In this document: positions 52,310 to 63,849 of the stretch, one piece after another
How the letters are laid out: every line of letters begins with the position of its first letter
Numbering within the stretch: the first letter of the stretch is position 1
NCBI RefSeq assembly: GCF_001194135.2
Contig: NC_068982.1
Location: 3,714,989-3,778,988 of the forward strand
Source of the DNA: Octopus bimaculoides
Lineage: Eukaryota
Reading direction: 5' to 3'
DNA length: 64,000 nucleotides
Program-made: the position numbers and the translations under genes
The notes under the pieces: generated by a model
Seen by the model: the letters and a program-made list of their open reading frames with translations, nothing else
What the model was told of the DNA's origin: nothing
Databases searched by the model: none

Positions 52310-52545
52310 TGTGTGTGTGTATATATATATATATTCACACAAATACATATATATATTCATACACACACACATGTATATATTCACACATACACACATGTAT
52401 ATCCATATTCACACACACACATGTACATACATATTCACATACACACAGACATATGTATATACATATTCACACACACACATGTATATACATATTCACACAC
52501 ACACATGTACATACATATTCACTCACACACACGTGTATATACACA

Positions 52546-52653
52546 CAAGGAATGTATGAAAAGTCTTGAGCCTCAAAAAAAGCAAAACCTGGTCCAAGAC
52601 TTCTGATGAAGTTACAAGACTTCAGGGCTCAAAAACCTTTCATACACCCCTCG
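52546..52653. mobile_element. 108-bp mariner-type MITE
   Basis: Imperfect TIRs caaggaatgtatgaaaagtcttgagcc and ggctcaaaaacctttcatacacccctcg, followed by TA. Confidence 0.65.
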
Positions 52654-52793
52654 TATGTGCACATGCACACACACACATATGTACATATTCATACACACAC
52701 ACACACATATGTATATACATATTCACACACACACGTGATTACATATTCACACACACATGTATCTACATACACACACAAATATATATACATATT

Positions 52794-52825
<32 letters not shown>

Positions 52826-53356
52826 TATGTATATGCATATTCACACACACACATGTATATACATATTCACACACACTCCAACAATGCAGAGCAAATAAAT
52901 AAAAAAAACGCCCATTATTAGTGCAAATTATAAAGATGATATATTTAATAATTCTGACATATTCTCACAAAAAACTATGTCATGGTAGGCAGGCAATGAA
53001 ATTTAGATTTGTATGGAAGAAGCAAACCAAACAAAACAAAAAAAGAACGAAACAGAATCTGGAGGCAGAAATTAAACAGCACTTGAAACGGTGAAATATT
53101 GGAAGTTTTCCCAGCACCAAAGAGCACTGTGGTGCACTTTGCTGCCATACACTGTTTGACAGCAAAACACTTAGGGAAAAAAAACAATAAAAACAGCCAC
53201 TTAAGCCAGATAAGTATTGAAATCTATCCAAACACCACATTACACTCTCTAATGCAAAATGGCAAAGCGAAGTACTGAATTCCTGGAGATAGAGCTGAAT
53301 TTCATTAAAGAGAAGACATAAGTGTAGTCTGGCCATAATATATATGTCTTTGGTAA

Positions 53357-53572
53357 GGCGGCGAGCTGGCAGAATTGTTAGCACACCATCCGAAATGCTT
53401 AGTGGTATTTCGTCTGCCTTAGCGTTCTGAGTTCAATTTCCACCGAGGTCGACTTTGCCTTTCATCCTTTTTGTGGTCAATAAATTAAGTACCAGTTGTG
53501 TACTGAGGTCGATCTAATCGACTGGCTCCCTCCCAAAAAATTTCGGGCCTTGTGCCTAGAGTAGAAAAGAAT
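53357..53572 (+). mobile_element. SINE family A (CpG-decayed)
   Basis: Full length with several CG->TG/CA changes. Confidence 0.9.
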
Positions 53573-53919
53573 ATATTTCTTCAGTTTCACCATCAAATGA
53601 AAATTGATGTGATACATCAACCCACCACAGAATAGTATCCTAGCTAAATGTTTCTTTTATAAAGTAGTGGTTCTCCACTGGGGTCCACATGACCCTTATA
53701 AAGGACCAAATAAAATTTGGTTGTTAAAGTTTATGAGCAATGAATTGCTTGTACAATATATTTCCTTTCTAAGGTGGTGAAGTGGCAGAAACATTAGACA
53801 AAATTTTACAACCCAAATCTTTGAAATTCCCATTTTATGTTATGCAGTATGGTTAACACTTTGGTTTTTCTGGTATGTAACACCAGACGTACAATCGGAG
53901 TGTATGACGCTATAATCCT

Positions 53920-54243
53920 CTCTGCATTAAGCACAAGGCCTGGAATTTTGTGGGAAGGGGGACAGTCGATTACATCAACCCCCAGTGTTTAACTGGTATT
54001 TATTTTACTGATCCCCGAAAGGATGAAAGGCAAAGTCAACCCCAGCGGCATTAGAAATCAGAATGTGACGACACTGTATGACATTATAATCTTTCCTACT
54101 CTAGGCACAAGGCCCGAAATTTTTTGGAAGCGGGGTGGGGGCAGTCGATTAGATCAATCCCAGTATGCAACTGGTATTTAATTCATCGACCTCGAAAGGA
54201 TGCAAGGCAAAGTCGACCCCAGCGGAATTTGAACTCAGAACAT
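53920..54243 (-). mobile_element. Two tandem family A 3' halves
   Basis: 53920-54066 and 54093-54243, each running gcacaaggcc...gaaaggatg(a/c)aaggcaaagtc. Confidence 0.85.
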
Positions 54244-54552
54244 GGAGACTGTATGACACTATAGATGACAGCTCAAATGGCTCACATGTACAAACCCCAC
54301 CCCCTGCCATTACCGACTTGAGTAAATATTCCGGGTTGAAAGGATAAACTAAGGGATGACTAATACCCTCAAATACTCATGTATGTATAACCTTTTGTAT
54401 ATACAGCCATGTATTTGGATCAACAATTTTATATATGCGTACGTGTGTGTTTTGTTCAGTGGTGTTCCTCTTTTGATGTTATTTTTAGCTTTTCAAGTTT
54501 GTTTGCATACAAGGTAATAAAATATTCTTAATTTATTTCTACTTGCTATATA

Positions 54553-55130
54553 GGCACAGGTGAGGCTGTGTGGTAAGAAGCTTGCACCCCAACCACACAG
54601 TCCTAGGTTCAGTCCCACCGCATGGTACTTTGGGCAAGTGTCTTCTACTTTAGCCTCGAGCCAACCAAAGCCTTGTGAGTGAATTTGGTAGATGGAAACT
54701 GGAAGAAGCCCGCCGTGTGTGTATGTGTGTCTGTGTTTGTCCCCCGCCACCATAGCTTGACAACCAATGTTGGTGTGTTTACGTCCCTGTAACTTAGCAG
54801 TTTGGCAAAAGAGACTGATACAATAAGTACTAGGCTTACAAAGAATAAGTCCTGGGGTCGATTTGTTCGACTAAAAGGTGGTGCTCCAGCATGGCCACAG
54901 TCAAATGACTGAAACAAGTAAAAGAATGTGTGCGTTTCTTTGCATCTGCGTATGTCCCCCATCACCACTTGACAACCTGTGTTGGTGTGTTTATGTCCCT
55001 ATAACTTAGCAGTTTGGCAATGGAGACAGAATAAGTAAATGTAAATACTGGGGTTGTTTTATTGAACTAAAAGGTGCAAGGCAATGCCCCAGCATGGCCA
55101 CAATTTAATGACTGAAACAAGTAAAAGATA
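54553..55130 (+). mobile_element. SINE family B plus a tandem partial 3' copy
   Basis: Full copy at 54553-54925 and a second 3' half at 54955-55130. Confidence 0.85.
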
Positions 55131-55409
55131 ATACAAGATATGCCACCATTTAATTTTAGAGTTTGAAGAATCTGAAAAACTTGCTTTTTCAAAGAAAATT
55201 TAAACTGTATAAAGCAACGCAGAGAGGAAAGACAAGAAGCAGAAAAAATAGTTTGAGTTTAAAAATGTATCCATTGTTAGAACTGGAGAAAAAAAAACAG
55301 GTTAAACTTGTTCGAAATCAACTTCACTGATTCTCAGCAAGTTTAGTAACATTGCGAAAATTCCTTATGTTCTTTTTAACTTGCAATGATTAAAATGGCT
55401 TCTTTTCAT

Positions 55410-55950
55410 TCCATAGCTATATATATATATGTACACACACACATAGATACACATACATATATATACACATATACTCATATATTCACATACACACACATAT
55501 ACACATACACACACACAAACATACATATATACACACATACAAACATACATATATATACACACATACAAACATACACACAAACATTCACAAACACATATAT
55601 CACATATATACATACACACATACATATATACACATATATATATCACATATACGTACATATATGCACACACAAACACATATACACACACAAACACATATAC
55701 ACAAACACCTACACACATACATATACACACACACATATATACACACATACACACACACANNNNNNNNNNTATATGCACACACAAACACATATACACACAC
55801 AAACACATATACACAAACAAACACATATACACAAACACATACACACATACATATACACACACACATATATACACACATACACACACACACACACAAACAC
55901 TTATACACACACACAAACACACATATATATATATATATACACACACACAT
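55410..55950. repeat. Degenerate (CA/TA)n tract
   Basis: Direct reading of the sequence. Confidence 0.95.
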
Positions 55951-56516
55951 TTCTCAGTCTTATGGCTAAGATCAAGGTCTAATATCTACTAACAGTTTAA
56001 TAGATATATATAGATAGACAGACAGGTAGGTAGGTAGGTAAGTAGGTAGGTAGGTAGGCAGGTAGACAGCGGAAGAGAAGGTGAGAGCAGAAAAACTGAA
56101 GATAGTAAAAGAATATGAAAGAAATGCCATTTGCAGAAGTTGACTCTCAGCAGACACAGAACATTGCATGATTCACTTTCCCATTCTAGCTTTTGATATT
56201 TGAACAGCAAAATATATTAGAAAATCTTACAGAACTCAATGGTGGGCAAAAGGAAAAAAAAAAGGAAGAAATCAAATGAATTTATCCCTTTTTATCTTTG
56301 CCTGTTTGACTTCATTAATAAGAAAAATAAATGTAAACCAATGCAAGACAGAAGGCACATAGAAGGACTTGTTGATTTCTTCAAAAGGAAAACTGATCTA
56401 CGTTTTCCATGTTAATTATAGGGAAGAANNNNNNNNNNNNNNNNNNNNNNNNNNNNNNNNNNNNNNNNNNNNNNNNNNNNNNNNNNNNNNNNNNNNNNNN
56501 NNNNNNNNNNNNNNNA

Positions 56517-56555
<39 letters not shown>

Positions 56556-56917
56556 GAAAGAGTACTCTTTATGGGGTCTTTTGATTCGTTTGGAGATAAA
56601 TTTATATACATCAGGCTCGACATAAATAAATTAATTAAAAACACAAGCTACTACAAATTGTGGAAACATTCTTCAAAGGGAAAAGTTGTAAGCTTTAAAT
56701 AAAAAAAAAAAGATATAAATTTGAGTAGTGGGGAATCCAGAAATATGATTTAGGGAATAACAAAAGAAAAACTTTTTTTAAAAAAAAGGGAAGGTGTAAG
56801 GAGGCGAGAACAGTTCTCCAAATTTCTTCTAAATTGTTTTGTAAAACAAAATGATTTAGCTAACTTAATACAGTTCTATACTTAAGAGATGAGGAATTAT
56901 GTACATTATTTACCTTA

Positions 56918-57079
56918 TTTACATTTGACAGATATTTGTCCTCATCTTGTTTGTTGTTAACACAACGTTTCGGCTGATATACCCTCCAGCCTTCTTCAGG
57001 TGTCTTGGGGAAATTTCGAACCTGGGTTCTCATTCCTAAGGTATTTTCTCCATGTTATTAACCACTACACCATATGCCC
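56918..57079 (-). mobile_element. Family H SINE, internally deleted, left arm of a head-to-head pair
   Basis: Reverse complement begins gggcatatggtgtagtggttaa, then jumps to the 3' body shared with 24854-25135. Confidence 0.8.
56959..57004 (-). ncRNA. Minimal type-I hammerhead ribozyme motif (intact core) in a SINE 3' end
   Basis: Minus strand reads GACAC-CUGAAGA-A-GGCUG-gaggguauau-CAGCC-GAA-ACGU-U-GUGUU. Stem I is GACAC/GUGUU, stem II is GGCUG/CAGCC, and stem III is the palindrome ACGU. Confidence 0.65.
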
Positions 57080-57081
57080 AC

Positions 57082-57300
57082 GGACATATGGCGTAGTGGT
57101 TAAGAGCACAGGCTACTAACCCCAGGATTCTAAGTTCGATTCCAGGCAGTGACTTGAATAATAATGATAATAATAAAAATAATAATAATAACAATGATAA
57201 TAATAACATTGAAAAATACATTAGGAATGAGAACCCAGGTTCGAAATTTCCCCAAGACACCTGATGAAGGCTGGAGGGTGTATTGGCGGAAATGTTATGT
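57082..57300 (+). mobile_element. Family H SINE, right arm of a head-to-head pair
   Basis: ggacatatggcgtagtggttaag head, B box aagttcgattcc, (AAT)n, and a degenerate hammerhead motif at 57256-57301. Confidence 0.8.
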
Positions 57301-57317
57301 AAGTCAATTACGTCAAC

Positions 57318-57470
57318 CCCACTACATGACTGGTACTTATTTTATTGACCCATTCCCCAACAAAGTATAAAAGGGCAAAGTCAACCTCGGCAGGATTTGA
57401 ACTCAGAACATAAGGAGAGATCAAATGTCGTAAAAGCATTCTGCTGGACATGCTAACGAGTCTGCGGGGA
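57318..57470 (-). mobile_element. SINE family A (decayed)
   Basis: ggcaaagtcaacctcggcaggatttgaactcagaac. Confidence 0.75.
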
Positions 57471-57504
57471 ATGCTAACGAGTCTGTGGGTCATTCTTTTA
57501 TTCT

Positions 57505-57700
57505 TTTAATTGTTTCAGTAATTTGACTACGGCCATGCTGGAGCACAACCTTTATTAGAACAAATCTACCCAAGGACTTCTTCGTTATAAGCCCAGTAGT
57601 TATTCTATCGGTTCTTTTGCTGAACCGCTACATTACAGGCACGTAAAACACCAGCATCATTTGTCATCTGATGTTATGGCGGGGGGACAAGCATACACAC
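57505..57700 (-). mobile_element. SINE family B, 3' part
   Basis: ggccatgctggagcac...tattctatcggttc. Confidence 0.75.
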
Positions 57701-57885
57701 ACACACACACATACATATATGTAAAAACGCTTCTCAAAGCAAACTTCGTTTGTTTGTTTACGTTTATCGTAATTTGAATTTAATANNNNNNNNNNNNNNN
57801 NNNNNNNNNNNNNNNNNNNNNNNNNNNNNNNNNNNNNNNNNNNNNNNNNNNNNNNNNNNNNNNNNNNNNNNNNNNNNNNNNNNNN

Positions 57886-58085
57886 TCAAACTCTCCTTTG
57901 CAATGGCAATAAAGAAGGCACAGGGTCAATCATTGCAAACGTTTGGTTAATTCTCTGCAGAGCAAGTGTTCTCCCACGGTCAACATTATGTTGGATGCTC
58001 CCGTGTTGGCAGGCCACAAAGTCTATACATTTGAGCATCAGAAGGGAAAACAAGAAACATCGCCTACAAAGAAGCGCTCCACTGA
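57886..58085 (+). mobile_element. Helitron PIF1-type helicase C-terminal remnant
   Basis: Single frame with stops: KLSFAMAIKKAQGQSLQTFG*FSAEQVFSHGQHYVGCSRVG...EGKTRNIAYKEALH*, matching FAMTINKSQGQS and VFSHGQLYVAxSRV. Confidence 0.85.
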
Positions 58086-58554
58086 AAAGACTGCATTTCT
58101 TCACATCTTCCAAATCACCCGTCATCTGCCGCCGTGCCAGCCAATGTAAGTCAATGATGCACAACTTCACTCATTCACTCTATCTCTCTTTCTCTCACAC
58201 ATGCACTCTATCTCTCTTTCTCTCACACATGCACACACACACGCACGTCCATTTCGTATATCTTTTTATGGATACAATTGCTTACAAAAATTGGGATTAA
58301 TGTATAATTTCTTTCTATGTTCATAATTAAATAAATGTTTTAATGATTATACAGACGTCCAATAGAATAGCTCTCAGAAACAGACTACGTACAAATTCTT
58401 TCTTCACAACTCCTGAAGCCATTTTCTGACAGGGGGCTGATAAAATCTTCATATAGCTAGAGGCTCCAATCGAAACAGGGGACCCGAAATGATAAGGTTG
58501 AGAAACGCTGTTATAGATTATGCCTAACCGAAAACGATCACAGCCCCATCATCC

Positions 58555-58880
58555 AAGCTGTGTGGTAAGAAGCTTGCTTACTTACCAGCCACATGGTTCT
58601 GGGTTCATTCCCACTACATGGCACCTTGGGCAAGTGTCTTCTACTAGAGCCTTGGACCAACCAAAGCCTTGTAAGTGGATTTGGTAGACGGAAGCTGAAA
58701 GAAGCCTGTCGTATATGTGTATATGGTTGTGTGTCTGTTTTTCCAACCAACATTGCTTGACAACCGATGCTGGTGTTTATATCCCCATAACTTACTGATT
58801 CGGCTTAAGGGATTAATAGAATAAGTACTAGTCAATTTGCTCGACTAAAGGCGGTGCTCCAGCATGACAACAGTCAGATG
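58555..58880 (+). mobile_element. SINE family B
   Basis: gctgtgtggtaagaagc...accttgggcaagtgtcttctac. Confidence 0.85.
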
Positions 58881-59075
58881 ACACAGGCCAGCAACTTGGG
58901 GGGAGGGTGCTAGTCAATTACATTGACACCAGGGAGCAACTGGTACTTGACCCCGAAAGGATGAAAGGCAAAGTCAACCCTGGATGAATTTGAACTCAAA
59001 ATGTCAACACAGACGAAATACTACCAAGCATTTTGTCCAGCAGCACTGTAATGGTTCTGGCCAGTTCACAACCTT
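58880..59075 (-). mobile_element. SINE family A (heavily CpG-decayed)
   Basis: gaaaggatgaaaggcaaagtcaaccctggatgaatttgaactc. Confidence 0.8.
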
Positions 59076-59372
59076 ACCAACAACTCATGTTAATGACATG
59101 TGAAGGAGGAGAGAGGCTTGATAAGACATATAACTCCTGACACAAATAGTAAAACGCAAATAACATCGAGTTGTTATGGTGGAAGTCTGCTGAAAATTTG
59201 CATCAATCCTCTCAGCCACTAGTTTTTAATTTTATCAACTTTGGAAGGATACAAAGAAGAATCAAACTGCTGAAATGAAACTCATTTAACCTTCTCTCCC
59301 ACCACATCTATACAAGACATCCACATATCAATAGCAATACTTTCTACTTAAGTAACCCAAATCCTATCTAAT

Positions 59373-59675
59373 CATCATCATCATCATCGTTTAACATCCA
59401 CCTTCCATGCGGGCACAGGTTGGACAGTTTGACAGGAGCCGGCCTGCACCAGACTTCTGTGACTGTTTTGGCAGGGTTTTTACAGCTGGATGCCCTTCCT
59501 AACACCAACCACTCAGCAGAGTGGACTTAGTGCTTGTTACGTGGCACTAGCACAGGTGAGGTCAGGTTTGGCAATGTTTTTACAGCTGGATGCCCTTCCA
59601 AATGCCAACCACTTTATAATGTGGACTGGATGCTTTTTAAGTGGTACCTGCACTGGCAGAGTCACCTTGCAAGAC
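59373..59675 (-). mobile_element. RTE 3' end fragment
   Basis: catcatcatcgtttaacatccaccttccatgc is the reverse complement of the RTE tail. Confidence 0.75.
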
Positions 59676-60648
59676 AATTAATCAGGTATTTTGACCACAA
59701 AGTCCTAAGTTTAAAAATAGCTTTACTAAAATCACTAAGAAGTAATAAGACTTTATCGGAGACAAATACTTCACCCACAACATTCCAAATTTCTCATCTG
59801 TTTTGTTTTAATATTTACATCAATAAAAACACTGGAAATAAAAGTGGTCGATGAGGGAGAAGAGAAGGGAGAGAGTGAGAAACGTGAACATGAAGGAGAG
59901 AGAGAGAGGGAGAGAGGTAAAGAAAGAGAGAAGGATCAGTTATTTTATATATATTTATTATTTCCTTTGAGCTGTCAAAGCAATTGTTGTTGTAGAAACA
60001 ACAAGGCTGAGAGAAGTTATGGTAATAAACAATAAAAGGAAAAGTCAGAATTCTTGGACACATATATCTACTAATACCAATTTGCCTAGCAGATATTTCG
60101 TCTTCAGTTCTTTTTGGGAGGTTTTGTTTTTTTCCTGAAAGTTTTTTTTTTTTTAATTTTAATATTTGTGGAGGAGGTGTTACAATTTGTTTGTATGAGA
60201 GTGTTTATGTGTGGGTGTGTGTGTGCTTTTATTTTTTTCTTTTATTTTTTTTTGTAATATTTTTTTTACTTGGAATTTCTGTTTAGTTTTCAGCTAACAA
60301 TACAAGAAGCTGAATATCAGCTGTCATTTGGAAATGTTTATCTGTCTCTGACAGTTTGGAGGAGGAGGAGGAGGAGAGAGAAGAGAGAAAGAGTCACAAA
60401 AAAAAAACAAAACAAAAAGCTTGTGTCCATCTGGTTTGGTTGATTGATCATCTTGCTATCTTTCCATTTGGTTAATAACAAAGCAGACCATGTGTTGTTG
60501 TTGTTGTTGTCACCATCTGTGATCTTCCTTCTGCTTCCTGCTCCAGTGCCACCGCCACCAGCATCCAACCCCCCCCCCTTGTACATACAGGCATACATAC
60601 ACCACATCACTAACTGCCAAACCAACCACCAACACTAGTCAGCCACTA

Positions 60649-60779
60649 TCACAAACTCTCATCGCTCTCCATGGCCTGCAATTGAAGGTCCTCGTGATCA
60701 ATATTGGAAATGTTAGAGGAATTGCTACGAGAAGCAGCCTCTTGAGAATCAGCCTCTCCACCGTTGTCGTCAACACCAA
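60649..60779 (-). CDS. Probable terminal coding exon of an unidentified host gene ((V)GVDDNGGEADSQEAASRSNSSNISNIDHEDLQLQAMESDESL*)
   Basis: Minus-strand acceptor attttgttccttctttttgctaattttgcag has a pyrimidine tract and a CTAAT branch-like motif. It is followed by a non-repetitive acidic open frame ending TGA TAG, then AT-rich UTR-like sequence. No homology recognised. Confidence 0.7.
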
Positions 60780-61244
60780 CTGCAAAATTAGCAAAAAGAA
60801 GGAACAAAATATTATGGACCTGTTCAAATCTAAGAAAACAAGACATTTAGTAAAAATAAATAAATAAAAACCTATTAATATCACTTGAGTTTGTTTTGTT
60901 GTTTTTTTCCTTCAATTTTTCAAAGATAAGAGACATTTTTCAACCAAAGAAATAATAAAGATACACAATAAGTGGGAGATTTCAAGTGTTGGATTACTTG
61001 ACTGATATTGCTTAGGAATTGTAACTTTACCAAGTCATTAGTCATTGTGTGATGTTCTATAAAAAGGTATGTAACTCTGCTTGACTTGAGAAAGGCAAAT
61101 GAACTAATTCCATAGAAGCATCAAGTGGTTAATGGGAGGAGGAAGGGCAGACAGCTATGAAAACAAAACCTGGTTCTTAATCCATGGTTGCTAACAAGTT
61201 AAAAGCAAAATCTTCCACAAAGACTTAGGTGTGGCTAGGCACAG

Positions 61245-62340
61245 ACCTGCCTGAGTGCTAAGAACCACCTGCTTCTCAACCACATGCTTCCAGGTTCAGT
61301 CCCAATGCATGATACCTTGGGCAAGTGTCTTCTCTCATAGCGACAGGCCAACAAAAGCCTTCTGAGTGGATTTGGTAAACGGAAACTGACAGAAACTTGT
61401 TGTGTATTTGTGTATATTTATATACATACACAGGGCCTCTCGCTCAGGATGAAAGGTAGACTGTATGATGCATGTGTGCAAACTGCCATGCTACATGGCA
61501 GTGGAACATGGGCCATGAATGCTGAGGACATGCAGAGGCTTGAAAGAAATGAAGCCAGTGTGCTTTACTGGATGTGTAATGTCAGTGTGCATACACGACA
61601 GAGTGTAAGCGCCCTGAGAGAAAAGTTGGGCATAAGAAGCATCAAATGTGGTGTACAAGAGAGGTGTCTGCACTGGTATGGCCATGTGTTACATATGAAT
61701 AAAGACAGCTATGTGAGGAAGTGCCACTCCCTAACTGTAGAAGGAACCTGTGGAGGAGGTAGACTCAGGAAAACATGGGATGAGGTGGTGAAGCGTGACC
61801 TTCGAACAATGGGCCTCACAGAGTTAATGACGGGAGACCAGGACCTTTGGAGACATGCTGTGGTTGAGAAGACCCGGCAACTAAAGTGAGATTGCAGCCA
61901 TGCATGTCTGGCCCTGTTAACAATACCCCTGATGCGTCAAGAGATATATGCTTGAAAAGACTTGTTGAGTCAAGTAAAACCAATATCGTAGCTGTGGCCA
62001 GTGCTCCCTTACTGGCTCCCATGCCAGTGGCACGTAAAAAGCACCATCCAAACATGGCAGATGCCAGGCCCACCTCGCTGGCTCCTGTGCCAGTGGCATG
62101 TAAAAAGCACCCACTACACTCTCAGAGTGGTTGGTGTTAGGAAGGGCATCCAGCTGTAGAAACTTTGCCAGATCAGATTGGAGCCTGGTGCAGCCTCTGG
62201 CTCACCAGTCCTCAGTCAAACCGTCCAACCCATGCCAGCATGGAAAACAGACGTTAAACGATAATGATGATGATGATGTGTGTGTGTGTGTGTGAGACTA
62301 TGTTTGTCCCTCTAAACTGCTTGACAACCAGTGTTGTGTG
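61245..62340 (+). mobile_element. SINE family B split by an RTE insertion (head 61245-61410, continuation 62280-62340)
   Basis: Head ends in its TG/TA tract; the body resumes gtttgtccc...gcttgacaacc after the RTE (GAT)n tail. Confidence 0.7.
61432..62279 (+). mobile_element. 5'-truncated RTE-clade LINE: RT C-terminus, 3' UTR and (GAT)n tail
   Basis: Frame reads GLSLRMKGRLYDACVQTAMLHGSGTW...ERCLHWYGHV...GRLRKTWDEVVKRDL, typical of the RTE ORF end. It terminates in gttaaacgataatgatgatgat. Confidence 0.85.
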
Positions 62341-62590
62341 GGCATCTCTCTCAGAGTGAAAGACAGTGTATGATGCCTGTGTGCGAACAGCTATGCTACA
62401 TGGCAGTGAAACATGGGCTGTGACAGCCGAAGACATGCGTAGTCTTGAAAGAAATGAAACCAGTATGGTTTGCTGGATGTGCAATGTCAGTGTGCAAGTT
62501 TGACAGAGTGTAAGTGTCTCGAGAGAAAAGCTGGGCATTAGAGGCATCAAATGTGTGCAAGAGAGATGACTGTGCTGGTATGGTATGTGA
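62341..62590 (+). mobile_element. Second RTE RT C-terminal fragment (decayed)
   Basis: Paralogous to 61432-61690 (gcctgtgtgcgaacagctatgctacatggcagtgaaacatggg). Confidence 0.8.
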
Positions 62591-62844
62591 AGGAAGAAAT
62601 GGAGAACAGGACAAGTAAACACAGAGAAAGGACCCTTTGTCAGTTGTCGGCTGTCTATCTACTCCTCATTTCGAGCATTCAATGACACGCACACACGCAC
62701 ACATCCATGTATCTACAGCAAGACACCTGGATCTGTCCCTTCTACATTTTAAATCTCTCAACTGGCATAAAACTACATACCCTCGATACGACTCCCAACC
62801 GTCTCAGTTGAGAAACTTTTCTCGCCTTACCAAGTTAAATGGTG

Positions 62845-63045
62845 ACCTCACTGGTGCTGGTGCCACATAAAAAGCACCCAGTAAACTCTGTAAAATGGTT
62901 GGCACTAGGAAGGGCGTCCAGCTGTAGAAACCATGCTTAAACAGACAATGTAGCCTGGTGCAGCTCCTGGCCTTGCCAACTCCTATTGAATCATTCCAAC
63001 CCATGCCAGCATGGAAAACAGATGTTGAATGATGATGATGATGAA
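62845..63045 (+). mobile_element. RTE 3' end fragment with (GAT)n tail
   Basis: ggttggcactaggaagggcgtccagctgtagaaac...catgccagcatggaaaacagatgttgaatgatgatgat is shared with 62130-62279. Confidence 0.8.
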
Positions 63046-63321
63046 TCTAAATATATACATTCTTAGCTTTACATTCACATAAAAATTTGGAGTGAAAGAC
63101 TGCACAGGGTGGACAGGGTGTACAATTTCAGTTTCTTTAGAATCAAGTAATCAAGAGATATCTATTTCTAGACAAAGCACCAGTCTTTCACAGTTATCTT
63201 CCAAACATCTGATATTTAATCCTGATAACTGTGAAGTGAGAGCTGTAAAAAGCAATGAAATACTTGCAATCCAATCTCTCATGCCCCCAGCCAGTTTACC
63301 TAATTTGCACTAAATCCACAT

Positions 63322-63690
63322 AGGTGCAGGAGTGGCTGTGTGGTAAGAAGCTTGCTTCCTAACCACATGGTTCCGGATTCAGTCCCACTGCGTGGTACCT
63401 TGGGCAAGTGTCTTCTACTATAGCCTCGGGCCACCCAAAGCCTTGTAAGTGGATTTGGTTGACGGAAACTGAAAGAAGCCCGTCGTATGTGTGTGTGTGT
63501 GTGTGTTGGTGCTGTCCCCCACCATCACTTGACAACCAGCGTTAGCGTGTTTACGTCCCTGTAACTTAGTGGTTCAGCTAAAGAAAAAGATAGAATAAGT
63601 ACTAGGCTTACAAAGAATAAGTCCTGGGGGCCGATTTGTTCAACTAACAGTGGTGCTGCAGCATGGCCGCAGACAAAAGAATAAAAGAGT
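63322..63690 (+). mobile_element. SINE family B
   Basis: Full-length copy. Confidence 0.9.
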
Positions 63691-63849
63691 ACTGCTTGAA
63701 ATGGTCCAAACAAGGACACACGCCTCGCCCCACCCCCACCGTTTGTGAAGTGGTGAGAAAGTGAGTGATGAGAAGAGAGAACTTAACGAAACTCGTTACA
63801 AATGAAACCAATTACTGTCTATTGGTTGGTCAGTTCTTCACTTAGACAT

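Larger units (their letters stand above)
51340..52900. repeat. Extended degenerate (TA/CA/TG)n tracts with embedded small elements
   Basis: Direct reading of the sequence. Confidence 0.9.

Noticed and set aside
51253-56000. Many H/T/Y/I/V/C-rich ORFs
   Set aside because: They are translations of dinucleotide repeats.
63060-63320. Possible upstream exon of the minus-strand gene
   Set aside because: An acceptor-like ttttacag exists, but all three frames hit stops before a credible donor.
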